A DNA stretch of 64,000 bases from Phoronis australis (Eukaryota > Animalia > Phoronida). The stretch is from positions 306,808-370,807 of the forward strand of contig NMRA01000451.1 in assembly GCA_002633005.1 (NCBI GenBank), in the 5' to 3' direction. Below the pieces are notes generated by a model. The model saw nothing but the letters and a program-made list of their open reading frames with translations. It was not told the DNA's origin and searched no databases. Both the position numbers and the translations under genes were made by a program. The first letter of the stretch is position 1; each line of letters starts with the position of its first letter. Positions 38,061 to 50,100 of the stretch are shown piece after piece.

Positions 38061-38929
38061 GAGCTTGGTTTGATGACCTCATGGTTTAGTCTAGCAGTCT
38101 ACCAATAGACAAATGACTGATATTCAGACTCATGTCTCTGAAATATATGTGAATAAATTTGCTAAGTTTACCCAGAAAATGGTGTCACCTAAGTAAACTC
38201 GGCAAACCATGACTGGGGTCGCACCTGCTTCCCATGGAATTACGCGCTGAAATTCAAATGAGGAAAAGATTTAAGGTTTTTTGATCTGAGAAATGACATT
38301 TACCTCAAATGAAAGTAACATTATTCAATATTCGCCCACTTTTCTCTCGGTCGGTGCAATGATCTAACTGAACTAGACCGAGGACTGGAAAAAATGCCCC
38401 TTCCGCTATTTAAGTAGAAATTTTGTCCCAGGTGTCAGAGTTTTCAGCAACATTTGAACGACATGTACTTCGCGTGGAGTAAGCCTGTTTCAGTTGTAGT
38501 ATATCGTCATCTCCTAAATGAGTAGATCTAGCCCAATAACTCCCACCTAGCGCAGTCGAACACGACAAGTTTTGAACAATTTGATAAGCACCTGCTCTCT
38601 AGATAGAGCTTATTCGATGCCAATTTAATGTTGTTTTGTGCTCCATTCATTTTTGATGACATGCGTTGCTGAAGACTTCGAACATGTTCCATTTGGTTTT
38701 GAGGTAATGTTTTACGCCGTCAACATAGTGTTTCCGTCGTTTTCCATTCGCTCAGTGCTTCTCGACATCAACGAAATACTCCGGCTCACACCCCATTACG
38801 GTTCACAATTTTTATTGAAAAGTGAAGCCTTATATTGCAAGGATAATATTCACGGTTAATAGTGTTCATCGTTGTCTCCTGCGATGATGGTAAAAAAGAG
38901 GATGTTACTTACTTGAAGGCATTTGGTTG

Positions 38930-39420
38930 GATAAGCATGACGTTTCAAGCCTGCAGCTCAGGCCCTTGATCACAGGTCTTTCCGCCGTTGTGAAACTGGA
39001 AGTAACACCTGCCTCCCGTTCAGTAACGTTTGGACCTCTCTAAAAAGCAAGACTTCGCGAGATTACGTGAGATGTTGCCGTGTATTTTAAAGGAGAACAC
39101 GTGACATTGACTAGATTTTAGCTACGTCCTAGCGTAGGTCCTAGCGTCTACTGAACGCACGTGCTCCACTTCAAAATACACGGCAATGTCTCACGTTATC
39201 TCGCGAAGCCTTGCGTTTTAGCGAGGTCCTAGCACTACTGAATGGGACGCGTCGTTGCAGTCCGCCCTGGTCCCGGTTGAGTTGGGGGTTGTACTGCTTG
39301 GTGTGGGGCCTCTTTCTTACGGGAGTGCAACGCTCGTCTCTGGATAAAACTCGTGTATTGTCCACATTGGAGGTGTGGCCAGATGAAACTACGCTTATTG
39401 GTGACCACTCCATCTGCGTA
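38930..39420 (-). mobile_element. Penelope-like element 3' fragment (GIY-YIG tail plus decayed hammerhead), interrupted by family B MITEs
   Basis: GHTSNVDNTRVLSRD...YNPQLNRDQG at about 39265-39380; downstream gcctg(agctg)caggc-t-t-GAAACGTC at about 38938-38970. Confidence 0.6.
39011..39250. mobile_element. MITE family B: full copy (39011-39161) plus inverted half copy
   Basis: TIR CGTTCAGTAACG.T.GGACCT / AGGTCCTAGCG..ACTGAACG; near-identical to 60341-60490. Confidence 0.75.
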
Positions 39421-40398
39421 GCCGCACTATCAATACAGACACTCAACCGGAAACAGTTATTTTAGAAACTTTTCTATTTTAGTGACTTCTCCGACTGATG
39501 AAACTTTTTACGTGTTCTAAACTGGGGAAAATAAAGGAAAGGTATCTTTAACACAACACAAGTCAAAGTTGACCTTCTTCCAAGAAATACCTTTCGCCTG
39601 GAGATTTACAACTTTTCTGACTAAAACTCTTACGTTGAACGAGATTAGATTGAATTATAATGGTAATTAATTAAGTCTAATGGGCTTAGCTAAGGATTTC
39701 CCAGTGGAAGAAGACAGACTCAATTAATCAAAGACTAACGAAATCTGTTCAGCTATAGATCAAACAATAAGCCACGGGCAGTGAGAGGAGTGGGCCGCAG
39801 ATAACAGGATCAGAATCGAATTATACTGTTTTAGATTTTTTCACAAGTTATAAATTAATTTCATTTCCTCAAGGCACCTGCTAAGACAAACATGATCGCA
39901 CAAGTTGTAGGTTTCACTTTGATAGAAATTACATTACATGAATGTTGTATCGGTTTATTAAAGAACAAAGATTTGTTGCTTGACCAAAGGAAATGGCGAA
40001 TGGACTTTGAAAATAATTCTTCTCAACCATGTGAAAGAAGTTTGTTTAATAGTGAAAAATCGTTGTGCTGCGAACGTATGCATAATCAGCCAAAGCAATG
40101 TACACACGATACCGTGTTCTTTACAGAGACAATACGTGACACGTCGCGTGGTGTCAGTAGGCCGAAAACGTCAAAATGAAATAAAACTAACATTGTGATG
40201 GAGTATGTCTCCTGTTTACCGAAGAATAATTCAAATAATACCACTCGGTTCATGGAATCGTAATGTAAAATATCAAAAGTCACATTATCGGCGACAATCA
40301 TGTTGTGTATTTGACATCAGCCTCAAGACCTATTTGAACCCACGACCTTGGTGCTCGCAGTCCAATGCGACAAATGCGTAGCAGAGTTTTAACAATTA

Positions 40399-40783
40399 TT
40401 AATAAAAACATCTACGGTTTTAAATCGACTTGACATGTCTCGGTGTCATTTATTCAAACACCATCATCAGAAGAGAGAATATAGTGGCCACCTAGCTAGG
40501 CCCAGCAACATGTGATGAAACCCAGACACAGTCAGTTTCAGGGAGTGACAATAAACTGGACCAACAATGACAACCTGTGGTGTGCCAGTTGCCTGTTGAG
40601 ATTCGGCTTCGACCAACTGATGTGTAGAGCCTCACGAATTTTAAGCTCCTTTGTTGTTTCTGCTTGGTCTTATTATTGCAAAGTCATTGATGATGGTGTT
40701 TGAATATAAGACACCGAAACATGTCAAGTCGACTTAAAACCGTAGCGTTTTTTATTATCTGCTGCTACTTGCTATCATGGAGA
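40399..40783 (-). mobile_element. 5'-truncated Penelope-like retroelement with inverted pLTR and two hammerhead motifs
   Basis: Minus strand 40669-40560 reads DQAETTKELKIREALHISWSKPNLNRQL (GIY-YIG C-terminus). Hammerhead motifs at 40470-40429 (-) and 40687-40728 (+) sit in inverted arms. Confidence 0.8.
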
Positions 40784-41975
40784 TCTTTTAACATTTTATG
40801 TTTAACAACTTAAGGCCAGTTAATTTTGGTGAAAAAAACAACGGACTTTGTTGTTTTTAGCTCTGGTTTAGGCTAATAACTTCAAGAAGTCTTCAAGAAA
40901 TGCATTTTCAGCCTCAAACCGACTGTGCCCTTCCTTATACCACGTAATTATTTAATAGGGACAGTATCGGTCCGTTATTGATGAATAAAGATTTCACAGT
41001 AAACATTTTAGCAAGTCACAGTTTAGCAATTCGCTATACAAACTATCTGCTTAATGAGCAATTATAGACATTTTCTCATCGACTGGTACTTCATTTGCTC
41101 AGGCGAGATACAATTATAGGAAATAGTTGTGTGAAGCATGAAATGTCTGATTTTTTTAAGTCTTCGGTCATTTTCCATGAAACAGAAAAAAGAATGTCGA
41201 AACTACGCTTTTCCGGGGGGATTGTTTCATTCTGTGCCGTTCACAGGCACAATGAGATAGCTGTAATGGTCCCTCGAAAGTGAGTGAGGTTCATTTCACA
41301 AACCAAAAGCTGCAGTGGTCGGTTGCAAAGTGAACAGTTCACGCGCGCACTAAATTATCGTAACCCTTCCCCATGTCCCCCAGTGATATACAAATAGAAT
41401 GACAAGTTTTTGTTCCCAAACCAAATGCATTTCTTCGTTTTCTGTTGGCTGGGGATGCCGGTCACCAGGCAACACACCGTTATTGGACGTGAGGGTTTGT
41501 GAAAAATCAAATTGCCAAAGCGTCAGCGAAACACATATCGACTAAGCCACCTTAGACTTTTTCCAACCGACTAAGAAAGTTCCCCCGTACGTATAGACTG
41601 CGCCAAACATACGGCTTTACAATTGTGAGAATGATTCTCAGAGAAACAGTATAATTTTAACACAACCTTCAGGTAGTCGTTATTATTCCAGGTGCGCCAA
41701 ATTCGTTCTGGGCTCGATTGTTTGTTCAAAGTATTTAACAATCGCCTCAATTTATTCAAGTTAACGTCTACAAAATGACTGAAGTACCGTTTCACAACTG
41801 TGTCTCACAAGCCTCCTTTCATTACCTGGCGTGGCACAAGTTTATTTGTGAAAAATTAATATTCACACGCGTGTTGAAGCTGTTGCCAAAGACGACAGCA
41901 CTATTCACTTCCATAGGCTGAACGACTTCTTCTAAAACCAATGAGGAAAATGTCGGCACAGTTCAAATACCGAGC

Positions 41976-42110
41976 AGAGTTCAATAACACTAGGACTTCG
42001 CTAGGACCTCGCTAGAGAAGCGAGATTACGCGAGATATTACGGTGTATTTTCAATGAGAGCACGTGATTTTGGTTATATTTTTCGCGCCGCCAGACAGGT
42101 ATTGAACTCT
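41976..42110. mobile_element. MITE family B relative
   Basis: TIR AGAGTTCAATA / TATTGAACTCT; GAGATTACGCGAGAT core. Confidence 0.65.
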
Positions 42111-43475
42111 ACCCCGGTCTGAGTCTGGAAATGGATGTCCCGATGCTCACTTGTAGGTGCTAATGAAGAAATGTCTTCACAGACCGTCCAATCAAAAGGC
42201 AGGTGGAATGCCTGACCCAGTGCCTAAAAAATCCACTTGTCCGGCAGAACGATTATCAAGCGTTTGAACTGCGTTCCGTAGAGCATTATAAACTCTTGCG
42301 AGACAACCGAAGCACAAGTCTTTAAGAGAAGCACGTGATCACACTAGCGTTTTTCGTGAGTGCTTTGCTTCTACCTGAAGTGCCCCACGCTTTGCCTTGA
42401 ATCGTCAGGCGGCAGATCTGCCTTCTTTCGCCTACCTTGAGAAACCTACATTCCGATGGAGCAATTTCCGTTTCTGTCACACGGTATTGAACGATCAGCA
42501 CTTCCTAAGAGATAGGTATCATTCGACTAAAAAGTATCATCACTCTGGTTCGAAGTGGATGGACTTGCCTCCGCAGCCATACATTTTAATCCCTTAAAGC
42601 GTTCATCACGCTTGCCTACTTGGCAGACTGCGATATGGAGTTTCGCAACGCGCTCAAAACTTTTGAGGATTAAGAAAGACAGCATAGTATTTTTCTCAAC
42701 TACGAACTAACAAACTAGGTTTATGGTCCGAGTCTCGACGATTTGAGTTATGAAGTCAAATTTGAGGCAAAAACAAAGTTTATTTTCCGTTTAAGTCATT
42801 TGGTAGATATGCATGAGAGGCCTTGCGCGGTCCGAGATGACGCCCGGCAAAAGTATGTATCCACCCACGTACAAGACACAATAATAAACAAGTGTACTTT
42901 TGTACTTGAAGTACTTCAGCTGCAGACACGACAATCAATACATTTTAAGTATTTTCAATATCTAACAGTAGTCACAGACGGAGGCGACACCTTTTTGCAG
43001 AAGACAGTAACATGCATCGTCTTACCAATTTTCCCAACGATGGGGTTTTAATGACCAAAATTAAACCTGCACGTGGCTCAATATATTTAGTTTGGTTAAA
43101 AACGGGAATGGAATTAGGTTTTGTGTTCTCGCATTCCTTACCTTGATAGGATTATACTTCCGTTACCATCTCAAGTCACAGGCAATGCGTACATAAGCCA
43201 TAAGCCTATTCGAATTCGCAATTTTAGGGATGGCCAACCCCAATAAACTCTGAAGGTTTTTTACTCACTGATGGTTTCAACGTTCTTGTTGACAGCAGAA
43301 ACAGCATTCTATCACGGAGATAACGAGGCCAATTTAACGAAATCGGTCTTACTCTATTAAAATATGCCACTTATGGACTTGGTAAGAATTGAAAACAGGC
43401 TTTACAAGTTGAGTTGTCATAAGCGAGCACGATTTCGAGCAATAACGAATTGACGGTTGGCTCATTACAAGACAA

Positions 43476-45101
43476 AACATGAGCAACGCGGAGTGTTGAA
43501 ATGCGTCCACGAATGCACCGCTAACGGTGAGCTTCTAGGAGTGCTTATTTCGAACATAACAATGGCAACTAGATGGCACAAAATATGTCGAATCCATCCG
43601 GAAACGTGTATTTGTCATCAAAGCTATTTACCAAATTTCATAAAAATCCGCCAAGAAACATCTGAGAAATCAGAGGAAAACGAAAAAATGAAATTGCCAC
43701 TAAGAGGCTATAAGCGCAAAAAACGTAACTACCACTAAGAGGCGCCAAGGTAGATCGGGAAAATCATCGTCAGTCTTCCGCTTCACATTGGGAACATACA
43801 TGCCAATTTCCACAACCATTCTTAGTGTGGTTTGGTTGACAGAGGGGCAGACGCCAAATTCAAGACTTGAAAACAGTAAAAATGGCCACAATGTGGCGAA
43901 AAAAGACTCGAATTTTACCGAAAACCGAATGATAGAGTCTCCTCACTAATAGATGTCCAACTGCCAAATTTTATGAAAATCCATTGACGACCTTTTAAGA
44001 TATAGAGGTGAACGTAAAAAAACTAAAATTGCCACTAGGGGACACACCGGTAGCCCGATCCCTCCGAAAGTCGTCATCCTCTGTTGTCAAAATTGAATGA
44101 AGATCCTGTAGAGCATTTAGGAGATACAGCCATGGGCGCAAAACAAACAAAACTGCCACTAGGAGGCGCCATAGTAATCCAAGTCATCAGGAAATTATCG
44201 TCAGCCGCTCTCTTCACAGTAAGAACATATATAATGCCAATTTTCAAAATCATCCCCAGAGTGGTTTCGTTGATAGAACGGCGTACGCCAAAAAACAGAC
44301 TCGAAAACGGTAAAAAAGGCCACTAGGTGGCACAAAGTACCTCGAATCCGTCTAAAAACGGGAGGATGGCATCATCTTACTAACAGATGCCTGTCAAATT
44401 TTATGAAAATTCGTTGAGGACCTTCAAATGTACAGAGGTAAGCGTAAAAATTAAAATTGCCACTAGGGGGCAGACCAGTAGTCTGAGAGGTCCGAAATTA
44501 GTTGTCATCCGTCGACAGCTTCATGGGAACACATCTGCCAAATCTCATCAAGATCTTTTGAAGGGTTTAGGAGATACAGCCATCATAATGGGCGCAAAAA
44601 CAAATAAAACTGCCACTAGGAGGCGCCCCAGTAGTCGAAGTCGTCGGAAAATCATAGTCAGCTGCCCTCTTCACAGTAATAAAAGTGCTAATTTTCAAAA
44701 TCAACCCGGCCTAGAGCGATCGCTTTGGTTGATAGAACGGCCGACGCCAAAAAACAGACCCGAAAACAGTAAAAATGGCCACTAGGTGGCGCAAAGTAAC
44801 TCAAATCCGTCTGAAAACAGGAGGATAGCATCATAGATGCCTCACTGCCAAATTTTATGAAAATCCGTTGAGGACCTCCGAAGATACAGAGGTAAGCGTA
44901 AAAAAATATTGCCACTAGGGGGCACACCGGTAGTCGGAGAGGTTCGCCAATTCTTTGTCGCCCGTCGTCAGCTTCATAGGAACACATCTGCCAAATCTCA
45001 TCAAGATCCTGTGAAGGGTTTAAGAGATACAGCTGCGGACGTCGGACGCCCAGACCAAGATGACGGCAATATGCGACCACATATAAATATGTGGGCGCAT
45101 A
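43476..45101 (-). mobile_element. Helentron-associated (HINE/DINE-1-like) element with internal 430-455-bp tandem units
   Basis: 5' sub-TIR/IR hairpin ATGCGCCCAC-ATATTTATAT-GTGGTCGCAT, GACG-type microsatellite remnant, tandem core, 3' sub-TIR plus stem-loop plus CTCATGTT; homologous to 50256-51308. Confidence 0.75.
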
Positions 45102-46287
45102 GCACGGAACTTGTGAGACCGGGCCAATTTTACATCTGATCAGTAACTGGGCTTTATAAGAATTTCTTCGACGGGAACGCATGTTTATTGCTACTTTGAA
45201 AATTTTCCAGGTGACTACAAATAAATGGGCTTATGTGATAGAAATTTTTATGTTGTAAAATTTAAGTGCAAGAAATGTTTTTGCATTAATACATTCAAAA
45301 TAATGATAAAAAGAGGAAAATAGAGGAAACCGGAAATCACATAGTACAGTGGCGGATCTAGGATATCACAAGGGGGGGGCCAACATTTTGTCAGACTGGA
45401 AGCATTTGCGCAAACTGAGATACACGATTGTAGATGCGCATATTACCGAATGGGGGGAGGTCGGGAGGGGGGTTTGCCCCCCTGCTGCCCAGGAAATTTT
45501 TCTGTTTTTACCTCTAAAAATCAAGCATTTTCCTTGATTCCTGAGGTATTATCCAAGAAAAAAGGCAAAAAAAAGAACACGGAGAACGTGTCAAACAGGA
45601 ATAAAATGCAGGTATCAAAGACTCGAACTCACGACCTGGCGGTTAGAGCACACGTACGTTACCACTACACCACCACAATTTAACTGCAACTGTCATACTA
45701 AAAGACTTAATTGTTTATGGGCCACAGCGTTTGCGCGCGAAACCTACTTCTTTTTGTAATGCTTATTACACGTTTTATATTTTGTGCCATCAATTCTTAA
45801 CAAATTTGTCGTATTTGAAATAGTCTTCAAATGCCCAAAAGACCAAATCCGTTTCTCATGTTGGCAATAATGACGGGATTGCTTTGGAAATCGTATTAAC
45901 ATAAGGTTTGACAAAGAGAGTATTGCGAGCTTCTGAGTGATTCACTAAGGCTTCGATTAAAGTTCACATCTTACCAGCAGCTTCTGTTTTTTCATCGTCA
46001 CTCAGGTTCCATTTTCTTTAAAAAAATGAAGTAAATTTTCTTCATTGCACAGTGGAGCAGACGACGGAAACGGAGTCGTAGTGCACAGCGCTGCTGCCGG
46101 TCACCTAGGATATCGCGGGAGATTGTATACTTAGCCATAGTTCCGTTACGAACGCGCCGTGTTCCGAATTTGACACTTGAAATTGGATTTGAGCCCCCAC
46201 CCCTCCCCCCGAAACACTAAAACTGCACACATTTAAATCTTTTTTCATCCGTATAATTTTAATTACCGGGGTTAATTAATAAACTCA

Positions 46288-46305
46288 NNNNNNNNNNNNN
46301 NNNNN
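46288..46305. other. Assembly gap
   Basis: 18 N. Confidence 0.99.
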
Positions 46306-46860
46306 CTAAAAAAGGAAAATTCCAAGCCCTGAAGTTTGTGAGTCTTCTTTACGCTTATGTTCCGGTAATTTCAACTGGTTGCAACTGAAATACTACCAAC
46401 AGGGTTACAGACACAAACACTTGGTTTATGGATGGGTTAAAACTACTGGTAGACAATGAAATAAACATTTAGAAATAATTATGCACAAATAATGTCTCAA
46501 GCATAAAGCCCAAATCAAAAAAGCGATGTGATTTAGTCCTGGGTCTATTTCACAAAAAATTTGGTCTAACTTGCACTCCATACAACTATTTCTGGAACAT
46601 TATATTATCTCACTCAGTATGTCTCTTAGAATTCTACTATAACTGCTAATTACGCATATAATTTGTACAACTTCTTCCAAGTTATGCCTTAACAATTACA
46701 TGAAAGTCAGTAAAATAGCCAAATGGGAGTGTAAGATAATTATTCCATGTTAAGCCTCAAGTCACTTTACATGACCCGGGGCAGCCTGGTGATTTGAACA
46801 GATACTCCCTTTGAATGAGCCAAACTTCTTTGGTGCCTCTTTTTTAACGAATCAAAAATA

Positions 46861-46866
46861 TTTATT
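46861..46866 (-). terminator. Candidate STIP1 polyadenylation signal
   Basis: AATAAA on the minus strand about 220 nt after the stop codon. Confidence 0.4.
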
Positions 46867-47081
46867 AAATCACCTGACAGCAGATCAGCTTGTGTGAATG
46901 TATGCAAGGTGAGACAATGGAGAAAACTGACAACACAGTTTCATAAAGACTAGTTTACATTATTATATTTTTCAACTAATGGAGAACATTGATACTGATG
47001 CAATGCAGGAATGATAACATGAGACACAATTTCAAGTATTCAAAAAGCCACTGGTATAAAATGTTGATAGTTCTTCATTCT

Positions 47082-47154
47082 CTATCGGAAAGCTATTAGT
47101 TTTGATGCAAATAGCTTCTCTATTTTGGCAGCAACATCTGGGTTCTTTAAATGC
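47082..47154 (-). CDS. STIP1: STIP1 exon 9 (last)
   Basis: [27 protein letters not shown]. Confidence 0.95.
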
Positions 47155-50100
47155 CTGAAATAGAAACAAGTATTGTGATAGTCAAAAGGAGCGATAGAAA
47201 GCGTTGATACGCGCCCAGAGCATAGCAAACAGCAGACAAAACTTGTGACTACTATAATTATCATTATCATTTTAAACAAACAAACGACACAAACAAGCAG
47301 TAATCTTAAAATTGCCACTAGGAGGCACAACAGGACACAATACTTACTCTCTAGCTGCTGTGGGGTCATTCTGCATCTGATCCAGGATCAGCCTCATAGC
47401 AGGATCATTGAGGATCGCCTGCACCTCTGGGTCGGCCATCGCACGTCGCTTTACGTCTTCTGGGCTTTCACTGTCCAAGCACTGACGATAGCCTTGTAGT
47501 GCCTCCTGTTGGTAAACAATGAAAAACTTGGAAAACATTAAGTGTGATGTTGCTTATGACTGAATACATGAGCAAATATTTAAGAATTTCACAACAAATC
47601 TATTTTAAAGAAACAAATTTTACAAAAATTCTAAGTTGATTTCTCTCTTACATATCACATGCCCGTAGATTCAAAACTTAAAAGGCTCGTCAAAAATAAC
47701 CAATGAAAGCGATATTTCGAGAGTGACTAATCAGCATATTCCCACAAACTAACTATGGGTATTGCTATAATGCACAGGACAGTTAGCATTTAGCAATGGT
47801 TGTTTTTGATAAGAAAATAGTTCGTGGCCACTTCAGCTTCACAATCACTCAATTATGTCATTGTCTGCACCTCTTACTTCACGTGCTATTTACAAGACCT
47901 AGCCTCTATGTCCAGACTAGCATTAGCAGCTACCTCTGTGAGACCAGTTTCACTATACCTGACAGTTGGGGTCAATTTCCAGTGCTTTATGGTAGGCGTC
48001 CTGCGCCTTGGCAGTGTCTTTCATGGCTACTAGGCAGTTAGCTTTACGCAGGTAACCCTTGACTGGAACAAAAATGCATAAGAGTCGTATTAGAAGCAAT
48101 CAAAATATATAATTGATTAAACTGTATTGACACCAATATTATTTATAATAATGCTAATTATTACAATAACAATAACAACACCATAATAGCTAAAAAAAAT
48201 TGGTGATGACACTGGTGGTAATAACATAAGTGGTACTATGCAAACATACACACAAATTTGAAACCATGTGTCACAACCACTAAGTCATCTGCTTGCACCA
48301 CTGAATCACAAGTACGAACTACAACATATGTACAAACACAGAATGATGCGAACAATCTGTAAAGTCAATTGTTCTAACAAAAATGAAATGAACGAACTGT
48401 ATGAAAGAATGCACATAGCGTATGTACGTATGATGTTGTGCTTTGTATGTATGATCTAACAGTTCAAATGCACTTCAGTGGTTCTGCAATGCCAGGGCTT
48501 GATTTGGCGAACTGAAGATTTTGTTTGGCGACCTGGTAAAATGCCAAGTTGACCCACACTAAAATACTAAAGGAAGTAAGCAGCTGGGAGTCGGAATGTT
48601 TGTTGAAAATCACAATGGCCCATTTATGCGCTCCAATCGTATGTCTCTGCCCCAGGAGGTGAAACTATGCAGGATGTCAGGCCCAAGGGAGAAATTGGTC
48701 ACGTGAGACACAATTTTCTATTCGACTGAAAAACAACCACATGTGGGTGGTCTAAGGTGCGCGAACAGATATTTTCTGAGTTTGCCGGTTCTTCAATTTC
48801 ATATTCGGCTGTTGCCACCTATGCCTGTACCAGGACTTCTGAAACTCCCCATTTGGGGTTACCATGATTTGGCAACCAAAGTTCCCATTTGGTGATCTGG
48901 GAATTTTGCTAGGTCGCATTTGACGAGTTGGCATTACCCGAAGCATCAAGCCAGGCATACGATTCGAAGTTTGTGCATATGGCTGTTTGATACCCTTATT
49001 TAGGCAGAGGGTGCAGAGCAGAGAGGAGTATTAGCCAACATAGCTATCATCCATCCCCTTCACTCCTGCATGTCATAGGACAATACAGCACCACTTCACA
49101 GCTAGATTGGCCTAGAATGCATACTACAGTCAACCACACATGAAGTCAACAACAAGGAATATCACTAGGGATTTGATATTGGGATTGACATCAAGGTTCC
49201 AGTGTAATGAGTGGTAATGTAATAATTGATGGCACAGGTGTGTACATGCTTGACATTGACCAGCAAAGGTACCAGTGTAATGAGTGGTAGTGTAATGATT
49301 GATGGCACAGGTGTGTACATGCTTGACATTGACCAGCAAAGGTACCAGGGAAATGAGTGGTAGTGTAATGGTTGATGGCATGGCTGTGCACATGCAAGAT
49401 AATTCATCAGTTATAAAGCAGCCAACAAGTAAAGTATGAGCCAAACGAAAACCAAAAATAGGTCACCTACTGAAGTACACTATGACTGTTGCCGAGTACG
49501 CTCCTGTTCATGGGATACGTAATTACAGTGGATATGTCATTGGTTAGTTCATTCGCGACTCTGCCGCACACTTCGAATTGTGTTTGTAGGAAATCATTTG
49601 CAGTCACTTATTGAAGCACACAATACCAACACTAAATGACTTATTGAAGCACACACCCACAACAAAACCAAATGACTTACTGAAGGTAGGATCTAGACGA
49701 ATACACTCATCGCAGTCTTTAAGAGCCAAGGAGAACTCCATTAACTTTGAATAGCAGGCTGCCCGATTACTGTATATTTTGGCATCGTCTGGATTCCTTT
49801 TTATCGCCTCTGAATAACACTTGATAGCTTCTGGCCATTTGCCTGGTGAGAAAAATGCAGCACAATGTCAAGCTACACTGTTACAAGTAAAACCAGACAG
49901 GACAGATTTGTGTCCTTAATGGACAAGTGCAAAGCAAACAAGCTGGTTCTACACTGTGCAGTGATTCTGAGATATTGTGTGCACAACTGCAACTCTAACA
50001 GAAACACAGGAATGCAGACTTACCGACATACAAATGACCTTGTTTACACACAAGAATATATCAAAACAAACGTGCGCTCAATTATCGTGGTTTTTGACAG

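Noticed and set aside
43457-45182. Several 60-160 aa ORFs
   Set aside because: They lie in the non-coding tandem core of the HINE-like element and frames are not conserved between units
45611-45680. tRNA-like sequence on the minus strand with a CTA (amber) triplet in the anticodon-like loop
   Set aside because: A- and B-boxes are present but the acceptor, anticodon and T stems do not pair; a decayed SINE head, not a suppressor tRNA
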